DNA of 64,000 bases. It comes from Vicugna vicugna (lineage: Eukaryota). Position numbers and translations under genes: made by a program. Positions within the stretch are counted from its first letter, which is position 1. The number at the start of each line of letters is the position of its first letter. This document shows, in pieces, positions 1-13,550 of this stretch. The notes under the pieces were generated by a model that saw nothing but the letters and a program-made list of their open reading frames with translations, did no database searches and was not told the origin of the DNA. The stretch spans positions 1-64,000 of the forward strand of contig MU058790.1 of NCBI GenBank assembly GCA_013265495.1, written 5' to 3'.

Positions 1-1339
1 GTAAGTAATTTGGAGTTAAAGTACCATAAATATAACAATATAAATGCTGTATGTGTATGTTTACATAATTTACTTTATAATTATTTATGCTTAGCTCATT
101 TTCTGCATTTGAAGTATTTTTCTTATAGTGGAAAAAAAACATAAGGACTAAAAGAAAAGAATCCAATACTAGATCCTTAAAGTCTGTAGAAATTTGTAAC
201 TACACATATAAAAGTATATCAGCAATATGAATTATCCTCTCAGGAAAAATAACTCAGTCCAACTACTTCCCAGTCTACTCCTGTGATAGTATTTTTCTTT
301 TAAATTTGATTAGTAGATGACAGTTTTTCCAGTGAATGATATCGATAATTTAAATCCGTGCTAAAAGACTGTGAGCAAAGTTGATGCTCTGAGTAAAACT
401 GAGCTTCTCCCAGGTAAATAATACCAAAGCTTCAGAGTTTTTATGCCCACCAGGTATAGATGTTTCCCATGGACTCAGAACTTAAATAAGAAAAAAAAAA
501 CACCTTGATTCCCATGTATTTTAAATTATACATTTAAGTAAAGACAATTATGTTATATGGCCACTGTATTTTAAGAGGCAGGCATGGGAGGTATTACCAT
601 CTGGATTTTATGGATGAGAGAGCAGAACCCAGAGAGATTGCCATTTCCCCAGGGTAGACTGGAAAAACAAGAGTAAAACCAGAGCTAGATTTTCAGTTCC
701 TAACTCCAAGCCCTGCCTCCTGACCCTCCTTGCTCCAACATCTGGAGGTGGCAGCAGCCTGTAGTAAGTGATTATAGTTCAGTTTTGACCACACAGTCTG
801 TGCTCATGGATTGGCAGTACATTTTTTAGATAATGGAACTCAGCCACCAGAGTTAATGCTGTCAAGCGTAGTACCATGATGCTCCATTTAAATGAGCCAC
901 ATCTTGTCCCCTACACTGCTGCTTTGTATAAACTGGGCCAACCTATTAGCCATACGTCATTTTAAAGAATAAACAGCTTGAGTTGAGACTTCTTGAAACA
1001 TTAAGGCCTTTTAGCCCAAGACAGATTGATTCTCAGTAACAAGTGAGGGTCTTATTTCTTCAGCAGTCTCCAGAATTTAAGAATATAACTGAAGAGTAAA
1101 GAAAAGTGAGCAATCTGTCATCAGTGTATACATTTAAAAGGTTTTGCAGATAGAGAGAAATTCATGAGCAATTAATTCTTGAGTGCTGTCTGTGTTTCTC
1201 GTCCTGGTATATGTTGAGGGTATCAAGAAGACAGATGTGGTCACTCTTGACCCCTCAGGAGCTTATAAGCTAATTGAGGAAACAAAATACACCAGGCAAA
1301 GGACTCTACATATTCAGACAGAGCAAGATATGGTCAGAT

Positions 1340-1810
1340 AGGTGTTTCAGTTTGGGTTGACCCCAAAGCAGACTCTGAGACAAGGATTTGAGTGCATGTC
1401 TTTTTGGAGGAAGGTGTAAAAAGCGTGGGAGAAGGGAAGTGAGACAAGGAAGGGAAGGCAGCCAGTAAAAGGAGAGTTATTAGACAGCGGTCACCGTAGG
1501 TGACCAGAAAGTAATCCTACAAGGAAACACTGGTAAATGGCCTAGAACACACACCTCAGAGTTATTCTTCCCAAAGAGGAGGGGAACTCAGGTCATTACA
1601 TTGCAGCTCTTCTCAGGGCTAGACTTGGAATGCGGAAGGGCTCTCCCAGGGTATTAATTCCTCCAAGCTTCAGCTGGCCAAGCACCTGGGCAGAGCATGC
1701 TTCTGGCACCATGTGCAGAGACTGACAGCTGGAAGTCAGCCTGCATGTAGAAAACAGAGGAGTCCCAGGAATATGGGGAGGGAAGGGGCTGACAGCAGCT
1801 GCCACAGTAG
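1340..1810. mobile_element. Old ERVL-type LTR remnant (LTR16/LTR33-like) just upstream of the XK exon
   Basis: TTTCAGTTTGGGTTGACCCCAAAGCAGACTCTGAGACAAGGATTTGAGTGC resembles the terminus of these families (recall). Confidence 0.45.
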
Positions 1811-1861
1811 CTTTCTCGGTGGAGGTGAGACATGAGGGTCCTCTTTCTCTTCTCTTCTCAG

Positions 1862-2688
1862 GTCTATTCATGGTCCTCTCCCTCTTGTCCATTGTGTACG
1901 GAGCCTTGCGCTGCAACATCCTAGCCATCAAGATCAAATATGATGAATATGATGTCAAAGTGAAGCCTCTGGCCTATGTCTGTATCTTCCTCTGGAGGAG
2001 CTTTGAGATTGCCACTCGTGTCATCGTCCTGGTCCTCTTCACCTCCGTCCTGAAGGCCTGGGTGGTGATAGACATACTCATCAACTTCCTCAGCTTCTTC
2101 TGCTACCCCTGGATCCTCTTCTGGTGCAGTGGCTCCCCTTTCCCCGAGAACATCGAGAAGGCCCTCAGTCGGGTGGGCACCACCATCGTGCTGGGCTTCC
2201 TCACCTTACTCTATGCCGGGATCAACATGTTCTGCTGGTCAGCTGTGCAGCTGAAAATCAACAACCCTGACCTCATCAGCAAGTCCCAGAACTGGTACCA
2301 GCTGCTGGCATACTACATGCTGAGATTCATTGAGAACGCCTTCCTCCTCCTCATGTGGTATCTTTACAAGACTGACATCTACATGTATGTGTGCGCGCCT
2401 CTGTTGATCCTGCAGTTGCTCATCGGGTACTGCACGGCCATTCTCTTCATGATGGTGTTCTATCAGTTCTTCCACCCTTGCAAAAAGCTCTTTTCGTCTA
2501 GCGTGTCTGAAAGCTTTCAGGAGTGGCTAAAGTGTGCTTGCTGTGACTGCAGGCGGCAGAAATCCTGTGAGTCTGTCGAAAAGACAGATCTGAGGTTTCC
2601 CGCAGACAGAGAGGAAACACCTTCTAGCAGTAAAATAAGTTCCATGCCCAGCCAGATCTTGAACACTGATGAGCTCTGTTCTGCGTAA
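1862..2688 (+). CDS. XK: XK (Kell blood group complex partner, XK-family membrane protein), last coding exon (exon 3); earlier exons lie upstream of the window
   Basis: Polypyrimidine tract and AG at 1860-1861, phase-1 entry. Translation [25 protein letters not shown]...[11 protein letters not shown]...ELCSA* matches the XK C-terminal two-thirds. The YMYVC Cys (2392-2394) corresponds to the Kell-linking Cys347. TAA at 2686-2688. Confidence 0.97.
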
Positions 2689-4924
2689 TGGGACCCAAGT
2701 CTCTTGGGGCACAGACATATTGTTTTCTGGGTTGTACCCTGTTCTTCATACATGTGATGGGCCCTGCGCAGTTAACAAAGCAGGAAGTTAGCTCTCAACT
2801 CCTTGTGAGTTGCTCCCCTTTAGAGAGCTCTTGGGCAGGCATGTGGGAACCATGGAGAGAAGCCAGGGAAAGCCCTGCGTGTTGGACGGGCAGCCTAAGG
2901 CACCACCATTCACAGTTGACCATGTTCTCCCAGGCGTTACTGGCTTTTTCACTGACACAGTACTCATGATATCTGAGTTGAGCTAGTTAGATCCATCGGG
3001 TAGAATGAGGACAGGGGCTTTCTTGTTTCCTAGTTTTCTGGACTGCTGGTCTGGGTAGCCTAATGTTTTATTATCCCTGAGCATAGTTTTCACCCAAGAG
3101 CTGTCTGATGACTAGAGATGGTTACTGGGGTTTTGCCACCAGCCAGATCATTCCTGTCAGAGTTTTCAGAGAGAGCTGTTAAAGTTTGGTTTTTGAATAG
3201 ACAGATGATCCATTTTCATCCCTATGGCTCTTTCTGCATAACCAACTGTCACAGCCTTGGCCTGCTATCTCTAATTGATTCAAAAGTCTGGACTTAGAGA
3301 CTTCATTCTCAAGGATCCATGGTTGCAAAATTGGATTCTAAATTAGCTTGTGGACTTCCTCGAATTTTAGGAAAGTTGTGTTCCTTCAGTATGTTGAAGA
3401 ACTTCTGGATCAAGAGGGTTGTTAAAACAGCATGATTTAGGCATTTGTAAGCTGAATTCTTACCTTCTTGTGGTGGTTAAAGATGTGAATCTGCTAGAAG
3501 GTAGGCTTAAACCTCTTCAAGTTTCAGTCCTGACAGTTCTGAGAGATTTCTAGGAGAATTAACTTGGATTTGCCTTCTTAAGATAGAAGAAAATAAAACT
3601 AATAGTCTTTACTCCACCTCTTCCTTGCCTGTCAGGACAGTTTTAGAGAAGAGTTACTTTGGTTAACTTAACTTTTTCTAGAAAGCTCCACAGAAATTTC
3701 TCACCTAGCACAGGTATATAGGGCATTTTAATTTTCATTATTTGAAGGAAAAAGGTTTCCCCCCCTCAGTTAGATACTGACTTCCAGAAACTTTTAAATT
3801 TTAGAAAGAGATGCCGTGACCAGAAGATTTTTATCTTTAACTGAATGCATTTTAATTTGGCATGATTATGAGTTAATTTGAACAAGATCTCCAATTTTCT
3901 CCTAGAATCTCTTATCTTCAGTATAATTTCTCTTTTAATCTGAAACCCTATTTCTTTCATGAAAAAATTGTGTAGCATATCCTCAGTTGTCTTGGAAAAA
4001 TGCCTGGATCTGGTACCATTATTTCTACCATAAAATCCTTGATAATGAAGTACCTGGGAGCAGGTGACCTGTCATTGATGAGGCTGGACACTGCAGGTGG
4101 ATCAGGGTTGACAGTCTTAGGACCCCTAAGGGTTGAACTTTCTGACCCATCCCGTTTCTAACTGTCAGGGTTAAAATGGTGAGTTTGAGCAGAAGTTGTG
4201 GTCAGAATTAGATAGGGACGGAGAGACTGGTACTTCCCCCGCCGTGGTTTAGAAGCCCGTCTCAAGAACCATTACAAAATCTGAGCCTTCAAATACATTT
4301 AAGATCATTTTAATGTAGAATATAGGTACACATCTTGAATGGCCCCAAACCAGACTAATACTGATGGCCTGTCTGACTCCCAAAGCCCAATTATAAGCCA
4401 CATTTATAAGGATAAAGAGGTTTGGTAACCAAACTGGACATTTTGTCGCCTTTAACTCTTGATATGCAGAGACCCCCACTTTGGGGCCATATATGTCCAG
4501 TAACTTTGGGGGAGAGAAAGCACTGCTCTTTTTCTTCATGGTGAAAATTTAAGTCATAGTGAACTGAGAACTTTTGTTTTAAAATTATTTATATTATACC
4601 TCTGAAATGGCAAAATTATACTTCAGACTGCGGAACTAGCTTGCCATAAAGGCAAACAAACCAGCAAATTTCCTCATATCTTGAGAGCTGAAACATGTTT
4701 TTCAGTTATAATTCCAATTTTTAAAACTCTCAGTGCTTTGTCTAATTAATTACATGTCATAACTTGTCATGTCAGACACTCCAACTGAATCACTATCATT
4801 TGGCTGGTTGGAGGCAAAGTATTTCCTTGAAATATATTGAAATAAGATCATCAGATATGTTTAGACTTTCTCCATAACTGGAGACAGGACAGTATAGAGG
4901 TCAGCAATTCCCTGTCCAACCCTA

Positions 4925-5095
4925 CAAGTTACTTAATTGCTCTGTGCCTCAGTTTCTTCCACCAAATTTGCATGATGTACTTGCCCGGCCTACCTCACAA
5001 AGTTGTCAGGAAGATCACATTAAATAATAGGTGTGAAAATGGTTTGAGAATATTTTTAAAGTGCCATGCATGTTTAAGGAATTGTTATTATAGTT
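4925..5095 (+). mobile_element. MIR SINE within XK 3' UTR
   Basis: MIR core AAGTTACTTAA...CTGTGCCTCAGTTTC...CCTACCTCACAAAGTTGT. Confidence 0.6.
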
Positions 5096-5496
5096 ATTCA
5101 AGCCCATAAACAGGTTATTGTTCTATTTTTACTGTTAGAAAAGAAACAAGTAGCATCATTCACATGAGTGTCTTGAGTGAATACGTCGGCCTTTGGTCTT
5201 AAGGAAGGGCAAGCGTAAATGGTCTTTACTCTCAGAGAGAACTCAGCAGCCGCCCTTTCTCTTACCATCAGTTGCTTATAAAAATTAGCACCCAAACATA
5301 TGTTACTTGGAGGAAAAAGACCCACTGGAATCTGAGAAATTGCTTTTGATAGCAAATGAGTTTATCATTTTTGTATCTGTCATCGTTCATAAAGGACATA
5401 GCATCTTTTGTTAATTTTGGTTTACAGTTTGAATGCCTGATCTTGCTAGACTTTAACTGAATGTGGGTATAATCTTTTCAGCCTTGTAAATGGGAA

Positions 5497-5710
5497 AATA
5501 AAAATTAAAATTGGTTGTCAAATACAGCATTTCCTTGGAAACCACGTTAGAACATGAGTGCTGTGATTATGAGTGTGTGTGTCAGTACTTCTCAGCCAGC
5601 ACATTGTGGATGTGAGCTTCTGCAGGCTGCTTCTCTGCAGCCATTCACTCTAATAAATATTGTGTATGTTTCTTCATATAATAAATTAATTTTTCGTTTT
5701 CTCCTTTTTC
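5497..5710 (+). terminator. Candidate XK polyadenylation signals
   Basis: AATAAA at 5497-5502, 5652-5657 and 5680-5685; the last is followed by a U-rich tract. Confidence 0.55.
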
Positions 5711-5772
5711 ATTCCTTATACAGTCCTTTCCTGACTTTTTGACTTCAGGGACTATTATAGAAACAAATTTGA

Positions 5773-5856
5773 GGAGGGAGGGTATAGCTCAGTGGTAGAG
5801 TGCACACTTAGCATGCATGAGGTTCTGGATTCAATCCCTAGTATTGCCATAAAAAA
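5773..5856 (+). mobile_element. tRNA-Ala-derived SINE (camelid-type), short form
   Basis: GGGAGGGTATAGCTCAGTGGTAGAG A-box, degenerate B-box, A tail; 14-bp TSD AGAAACAAATTTGA at 5759-5772 and 5857-5870. Confidence 0.9.
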
Positions 5857-6199
5857 AGAAACAAATTTGAAAATGATTTTGTTGTGATTAATTATGATTT
5901 TGTGACTTCCCCTGGAAAGTTTGTCTGTAGGATGAGAAATTTGAGAGTGCTAGTATTCTGCTTTGCGAGGCACCAACAGTCCATGGAGTCTCCTCTGATT
6001 GTTTCATAAGCATTTACTCCATGGGTTAAAGCTACACTGATAGATACTAAAATTCCACTCAAACACAAGTGGTATGCTGGTCCAGAAATATAAAATACCA
6101 GATGAGCAAATCAATATTAACATAAACAGATAGCCAAAGGTAAATGACAATCCATTCCTGGAAAAAAATCAGGTTTTTTTTCCATGTCCAAATGCAATA

Positions 6200-6545
6200 T
6201 TTTATTTTTTTATTGAGGTATAATTGATATATAATGTTATATTAGTTTCAGGTGTACAACATAATGATTCAACATTTGTATCACTGCAAAATGATAACTG
6301 CAATGATTTGATTTACCATCCATCACCATACAAAGTTATAAAAAAATTTTTCTGATGAGAAGTTTTAAGATTCACTCTCTTAGCAAATTTGAAATTCACC
6401 ATGCTGTATATTACATCCCATGACATTTATTTTATAACTGGAATTTTATGCCTCTTAATCCCCTCTACCGATTTCTCTCCCCCCCCCCCCAATTCCCCTC
6501 CCCTCTGGCAACCACCAGTCTGTTTTCTGTATCTGTGAGGGTTTT
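6200..6545 (-). mobile_element. L1 3' end fragment
   Basis: T tract followed by ATTGAGGTATAATTGA...GGTGTACAACATAATGATTC...CTGGCAACCACCAGTCTG, the reverse L1 3' UTR pattern. Confidence 0.75.
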
Positions 6546-6829
6546 TTGGTTTGTTTTAAGAAAGACAAATACCATATTATTTCACTTGTATGTGGAGTCT
6601 AAAGAACAAAACAATCAGTTATTAAAGGGGTCATTTCAGAGCGTGAGATAGACATAGATTGTTGGAATAATTCCTTTTCCTCTGAAGGTGGCCTTGCAAT
6701 TTGGAAAGACTTAGCTAGAAGATAAAGTCTTTTGAAAGAGATCCATTGGTATTCAATCAACCCCTTGAGAAAACTGGCCATCAACAAGTGTAGTGTTTAA
6801 GTAGGCCAGTCTAAAATTACTTCACTTAA

Positions 6830-6915
6830 GGGAGGGTACGGCTCAGTGGTAGAGTATATGTTTTGCATGTATGAGGTCCCAGGTTCAATCCCTGGTACCT
6901 CCATTAAAAAACATT
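6830..6915 (+). mobile_element. tRNA-Ala-derived SINE, short form
   Basis: GGGAGGGTACGGCTCAGTGGTAGAG...GGTTCAATCCCTGGTACCTCCA; TSD TAAAATTACTTCA at 6812-6824 and 6916-6928. Confidence 0.88.
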
Positions 6916-8909
6916 TAAAATTACTTCATTTGTTGTTTGTAAGTGTTTTTTCTTTTGAAATCATTTCAAGCTAATAGAAGAGCCTTAAGAATAGTGCAAG
7001 GACTTCCTTTATCCTTCACCCACTTTCACGTATTAATATTTTGTCACATTTGCTTTATAATTCTTATTTCCCTCTTTTGCCCTTTTATACCTAAATACTT
7101 CAATGTGTATTCTCTTATACACTGAACAGAGGCATTCTCTTACACAGCCACAAAACGATGATAAAATTCTGGAGATTAAACAGGAATACAATAATAGTAT
7201 CTAATCTAGAGTTTATATTCCATTTAACAATGGTACCAATTACGTTTGTTTTCACAAAACTTCCTTAAAATGTGATTCTACTCCGTTCTCTTCACTGGGG
7301 TCTCTTTATTTAAAGTTATGAGTAAGTTTTAACTTCCCTATGAATGCTGGGAAAACTATGGCAGACTTTGAAAATCTGTTTGAAGAAAACTCACATTATC
7401 AGTACTGACTAACAGCTTAAAAGCATAAATTTGGGATGTTTACTGGTGAACTGTGGGTAATTCTTCATGGATATTCATTTTAGGCATCAAATGTTTGCTG
7501 CTTAATATGTGAGCCTGTAGTTCATGCCCCTCCCCTGCCCCACTGTGATGGTTCTGTTTTACAGCGTTTAGGCCCAAGTTTGCAACGATGAGGAAGAGGG
7601 TGAGGGAAGTACAGTATATATTATTCTGCCATGACCGTATTTCCCCAGTGCCCCCTCCAGGAGACTGTATTCTCTATGAACATCTTTCTAAGTGGGAAAG
7701 AGCTCAGAAATACCAACTAGACACTAATACCAGTGACATTTTGAGCCTTTTCTCTTTTTCAGAAAAAGGCACTTCATCTCAGCAGAGATTTGTACAGAGC
7801 TGGGAATTCAGAGACATCCCCAATCCCTTCCTTCCCAGCACACAACAAACCCTATCAGACTAGACCCTTAACCCGCTAAGAAGGTGTGTCCACTGCAGAA
7901 GCCTGCCCAAAAGAAAGCCTCACTCCTCCCAGTCACCCTCTCGGCGTGGTTGTTGCTCTGGAAATTACTCCAGGAGGTCTAAAACAGTGCTGGTTCAAGC
8001 AGGGTTTGGACCTCAGAGCATCTCTGAGGATGCACAGCACGATGTAGCAGCGTCTTTTTGCAGCAGGTTATCAGGAAACGTCCCACTCAGACTCCGCTGT
8101 GTGAGGTTGCAGGGTTTGTCTCCTCCCAAGGATTCAGCCAGAGAGGTTTTGAGATTCTGCCTGTGCTCCTGTTCCCTCCCTGCCTCCCATCCTGAATTAA
8201 TTCTCTCTCTCCAAATGATGAGTTCCTGATTGAAGCCTGATTAGCCTGCTTCCTAGAGCCCTGGGACATCAGCCTCCGTAGACATCTGCATTATGCATAC
8301 CGGGTTAATTTCTTATCAGTCGGCTTCCTATTTTAATTACCTAACTCGACAGTTAATGAGGCGGGTTTTCAGGAGCGATAGCACTCAAGAAACAAAACAG
8401 GATTTAGAGATTCTATCTGGGAGCAATGCTGCAGGACCATCCCCGCCACCACTCCAGTGGAGAGGAGACTGCTTCCCTGGTGTCGCCTTCTCCTAACAAG
8501 GTGACCTTCTTAAGTGGACTGGCAGAATGTTTGAGAACAATGGCGCCCAGCTGTAGAGCTGCAGACCTCCAAGAATTACAGAGGCATTGCGCTCCTGTCC
8601 ACTAACTAGAGATGCTTGACACTATCTGGGGATTCCTGACACACATCTGTACACTTGTTTTTCATACCCATGGGGGTGCTGTTGTGAGTGATAAAACAGG
8701 ACTGATTAAAAGTGTCACTGTATTTAAAGTAACTTTGTCATTACCCCCCAGGCCCTACCATGAACAAGTGTTAAAAATTCAATCACTATCATGTGGGAAG
8801 TGACCTTAAAAGACCTCCTTTGTCATTGAAAATGTTGGGAACTACTACCCTAGAAAGTTTTTTCACCGATGGACTATTTTCTCCCATATACTTAGAGTAT
8901 ATTCTTTTC

Positions 8910-9530
8910 CTTTTATTTTTTTTTAATTGTTTATTGAAGTGTAGTTGATTTTCAATGTTAGTTTTAGGTGTACAGCAAAATGATTGTTATACATATACAT
9001 GCACATATATGTTTTCTTTTCAGATTCTTTTCCATTATATGTTATTACAAGAAACTGAATATAGTTCCCTGTGCTATACAGTAGGTCCTTGTTGTTCATC
9101 TATAATATATATAGAAATTTGTGGCTGTTAATTCCCAACCCCTAATTTATCCCTCCTGGTCCTTTCCCCTTTGGTAACCATAGTTTGTTTTCTATGTCCA
9201 TGAGTCTGTTTTTGTTTTGTAAATATAATTTGTATCTTTTTTTTTAGATTCCACGTATAGGTGATATCATATGATATTTGTCTTTGTCTGACTTACTTCA
9301 CTTAGTATGATAATCTCTAGGTCCACCCATGTTGCTGCAAATAGCATTATTTCATTCTTTTTTATAGCTGAGTAACATTCACTGTGTGTGTATATATATA
9401 TGCATATACATATATATACACACATACATATCTATATATATATATATATATATAGATAGATATATATACACATACATACACCATCTTCTTTATCCAGTCA
9501 TCTATTGATGGACATTTAGGTTGTTTCCAA
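8910..9530 (-). mobile_element. L1 3' end (artiodactyl-type) with internal (TA)n expansion at ~9385-9480
   Basis: TTTATTGAAGTGTAGTTGATTT...CCCTGTGCTATACAGTAGGTCC...GATGGACATTTAGGTTGTTTCCA; homologous to the L1 copies at 21.1 kb and 36.3 kb. Confidence 0.88.
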
Positions 9531-9819
9531 ATGAGGGTTGTTCACACGTGAATCACTTGGCTTGTCTCATTCCCAGCTTCATTCAAGAGATGATAAAATC
9601 TTTTTATTTTAAAAATGTAACGTGAATGTTCTACCTTCAAAAAGTAAATTATCTACCTTTACACAAAGTATGTCATCAAGGTGAAATGCTTTTACAATTT
9701 CAAAGCACTAAAAAAAAGTTATGTTATTATCATAATAACCATCAAAATAATTAAGTGATTGCTACACCTTCTTCAATTCACCTCCCAATTCACTTCCTTG
9801 GCCTTATCAGAAACTATAT

Positions 9820-10315
9820 CAAAGTGTTTTCAGCTACAATTTGTAGAACAACTGATTAGAAGTGGCTTAAACAAGAGGATTTTGTTACCTGACCTAACAA
9901 GAAGTTTGGTTGCTTCCTCTTCACATTTGTCTCTTTACCATTACAAGAGGGCAGCCTGGGCTCCCGGCATCACATCTACAAAACTGAATCCAAAATTAGA
10001 AAAAAGGATTTCCCTTTGGGTATCTCTGTTCTTTCAGGAGGAAAGTCTTTCCTAAAATCACCTACCAACTGCAGCAAAATTCCCCAAATGTCCTACTGGC
10101 CGGAGTTGAGTCGCTTCCCTACCTCTAAAGCTGTCTCTGGCAAGGAGAATAAAACATGGTCGTGGTTTCCTGTGACTGCACAGCGTTCACCCCTCGGGGC
10201 TGGCCAAGAGGCCACCACCTTTCAGCTTACAGGAGGAAGAATCCCCACAGAAATGTGGTTCTGCAAGCAACAAGGAGTGGAGGAAATTGCCATTTGCTGA
10301 GCAACCTGACATTTC
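9820..10315. mobile_element. MaLR (MLT1-like) LTR remnant
   Basis: AGTGGCTTAAACAAGAGG...GGCATCACATCT pattern typical of MLT1 (recall). Confidence 0.45.
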
Positions 10316-12434
10316 CCTGTCATTTTAAAAACTAAAGCTTCAGCTAGGCTGATGAATTGGGGAAGAATGTGGAAGTTCCCTACCCCTCCCCCCACCCAAA
10401 AAAAGTCCTGTACTTCCTTCATCTCCTTTTGCATTATGTGTCCCTGGTTAAGAAGTTCTCAGGAAGAAGTCACATATTGAATAAATATGGCAATTACACC
10501 CAGCTATCTTGTGAGAATGCCTACTAATGGGATCGTCTTTGTGTCGCTGGAGTGAAATTGTAGGTCTGTGGGTATCTAAAGGAGTTAGGAGGAGAATTCT
10601 CAGCTCTGAAGAATCAGGAATCCTAGAGGTTAGAAGGGGAAACCAGATAGTCATATTAGTTCAACAGACACTTCACGAGTGCCCGCGTCTGCCAGGTGCT
10701 GGACTCGGCTCTGAGGGTAGACTGGCAAGAAAGACACTAGCTCTAGTGTCCAGAACTCCGAGTCTAGTTGAAGAGTCAGACCTAACCTGGTGATCTTAAT
10801 GCACTGAGGTAAGAGTTATGATGAGACTAGAACCCAGGAGGTCCCAAGGACAGAAATAAGGAGCCCAGATCTGGTCTTGGAGGTTCAGAGAAGATTCACA
10901 GAGAAAGTGATATATAAAATCTGAGACAAGAGCTGAATTTACCCTTAAGTTTATAAAGCTAAAGCCTCAGGTCCCCCAGTGAATGTGGGGAGTTGTAGCA
11001 TATTCTAGGCGGGAAGGAGAAATCAGGATGCAATCAAAAAGCACATTTATTAAGTAATTCTGCCACGTTGTCCAAAGAAATCACAGAAGGAAGGGACCAG
11101 AATCTCTAAGGCACCCGTGATTTGTTATGATTTTCTTTTCATTCTGAATATTCTTTCATTTTGTACCTAGTTTTGAATTCATATTTTTTATCTTTTTTTT
11201 CAAAGCCTCTCCCTAGACCAAGTTGTCTAATTTTCAGGCCCCATAAAACCTAGATCTGCCCCTGCTTGAGATCTGAAGCATGAGTAGCTGTTTGCCCGGT
11301 GAAGGCAGTGGAAAGAATATTCCTGATAAAGGGAACACCACGTGCAAAAGCCCGGAATTAATAAAAAAGGACATTTATAATCAGGGAACAGCTCGTAGGT
11401 CAGTGTTGCTGGAACATGGGAGAGAGGTGAGGGGCCACCCTCCTCTTTTCCTGGAAAAGCTGATAGGACTTATCAAGGCCAACTAGTGAGGTAGAGCACA
11501 TGTGAGCCTAAAGCCTGGTTTATCAAGTCTTATTTTTTGTTCTTTGGAACCAAAAAAGTTACCACTGCTTAAGTAGATAAATTAGACAAAAAATACATTT
11601 TCTTCAAACTGATTTTTTAGGAGGGAGACTCTGAAGTGCTCACATTGTGGAGGAAGACAGTTTGGCTAAGGGGTCATAGTCACATGGCATTTGATGGTGT
11701 CAGGCCAGGGCCCAAGAAAGACGGCTGTCCCTATCCAGACCATCCACCTCTTTATTCAAAGTCCCCGAGGACAGTGTTTCCTGAAAGAAGCAAGACCCTT
11801 TATTATCTCCCCCCAACCATGATGCAAAACTCTAGTCAGCTCTTTGGACACATCTGAAAGAATCCTTTCCTCCACACCAGAAAGGTTCCAGTAACACTTA
11901 ACAGCAGGGTATAAAACCTACCCTGTGTACTTTATGTTACTGTCAATACTCTGCTCTTGGAATTACAGGACCACTGGGAGGAAAATCTCCATCACCTGCT
12001 CCAGTGGGTACATCTTTCACCTGTAAAGGGCTTAACTAAGTGGACGAATCCTGGCCCTGAAATCTGACCAATTGGACATCATGGATTATAGAAAGGGTCC
12101 AAAGAGTTACAAAAGGAGGCAGAGTGGTCTTCATTCATTCCTCAGGGTCCTACATCTCTCCTAGTACCGTGTGTTACAGGAAAAGACAGGGAGATCCTAA
12201 TTCCCCTACCTGAATGTTGACCTCCCTTTTCAGGTCGTAGAACTTCTTGGAATTGCTTTATATTCACCTCCCAGACTGCATCCATTCTCTACTTTCTCTG
12301 AAGAACTGATTCTGAAGGAAAGAGATAGATAAGGTTTCTATTAGGTCCCAAAGAACTACTCAGGGGAGACGGGACTCTGTAACCTGACAGGGCTACCTGG
12401 GATTACAGGAGGAAACAAATATTGTAAAAGACAC

Positions 12435-12875
12435 ATCAGATTTCTAAGACTTAGTACAAAAAAAATAGAAAATATCTTAATAATTTTAATACTTGATGAC
12501 ATGTGGCAATGATAATATTTTGGATACATTGGGCTAGATATGGGATTTTTAAAAAATTGATCTTTTTTTACATTTTTTTATTGAGGTATAGTCATTTTAC
12601 AATGTTGTGTCAAATTCCAGTGTAGAGCACAACTTTTCAGTTATACATGAACATACATATATTCATTGTCACATATTTTCACTGTGAGCTACCCTGTGCT
12701 ATACAGTATAATCTTGTTTGTCTATTCTGCATATGCCTGTCAGTATCTACAAATTTGGGGGAAAAAATTAATCTCACCCCATCTAGTTACTTTCAAAAGG
12801 TGGCTATTAGGAAATGTAAAATGTCATGGGTGGTTGGCATTTGTGGTTTGTGTTATACTGGACAGTGCTGCTTTA
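12435..12875. mobile_element. hAT-Charlie MITE (MER3/MER33-like), interrupted by a short minus-strand L1 3' end at ~12560-12757
   Basis: Terminal ...GTGGCTATTAGGAAATGTAAAAT...TACTGGACAGTGCTG. The inserted piece is homologous, in reverse, to the L1 tail at 46678-46886. Confidence 0.6.
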
Positions 12876-12896
12876 GACATTTGGATAGAGAGATGC

Positions 12897-13550
12897 TGTT
12901 GCCAGTAGATGTAGCCGGTGTCTAGGTTCTTGTCCCGTCCCAGAAAGAATTCAGAGGTGAGATGCAGAGGTTAAGAAAGTAAAGTGAGGATTTATTAAGG
13001 GATGGATAGTACACTCTCAAGGGGAGAGCTGGCAGGCTCAGGTGAGCGGCTGCCCTGAGTTTCTTTGGTAAACTGGTTACATAGAGTGTAAAAAAGAATG
13101 GGCAGAATATTCATTGCGGAGGGAGGAATTTAGGATCATGTTCCCTGATTTTCATCCCAGCTCCACCTTCCCAAAGGGAGGAGGGATTTTTGTCCTTATT
13201 TAGTCTGGATATGAGGTGTCATGGCATCAGTGCATGATGGGTACTTCTGATGTGCAAGGCTAATTTTATTGAAATGAGGGCATAATGAGCAAAAGGTTAC
13301 ATTCAGACCCTGGAAATTCCTTCCTTTTCCCACCTTTCTTTGTCGTCTCCAGGCCACTCATCACCCCAAAACATGTGACCCCTTATCAGCCCAGAGGTTC
13401 CTGCTTTTCTTTCTCTGCCCAGGGACCCCTGGTGCTTACATAATGCATGATTTCCTGCATTTGGCCTGTGCCCCTCCTTTCTGCCCAATTCCTGCCATTT
13501 GGTCTGTGTCCCTTTCTCTGCTCATATCTAGCTATCTGCCTGCTCTAACA
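12897..13550 (-). mobile_element. ERV1-class solo LTR
   Basis: TGTT...AACA termini; 4-bp TSD ATGC/ATAC (1 mismatch) at 12893-12896 and 13551-13554; minus-strand AATAAA at 12991-12996. Confidence 0.85.

Larger units (their letters stand above)
2689..5710 (+). other. XK: XK 3' UTR (approximate end)
   Basis: Follows the stop codon, repeat-poor, and ends at an AATAAA cluster. XK mRNA is known to have a multi-kb 3' UTR. Confidence 0.6.

Noticed and set aside
1..6. GTAAGT at the window start as the XK intron 2 donor
   Set aside because: The upstream exon is not visible and the hexamer is common, so this cannot be supported.
1489..1505. Inverted repeat GGTCACC-GTA-GGTGACC as an estrogen response element
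   Set aside because: Half-site spacing is 7 rather than 3, and it lies in an LTR remnant.
1819..1861. N-terminal MEVRHEG... of the 289-aa ORF as a start
   Set aside because: It begins at GTG in intronic sequence and covers the polypyrimidine tract; the real exon starts at 1862.
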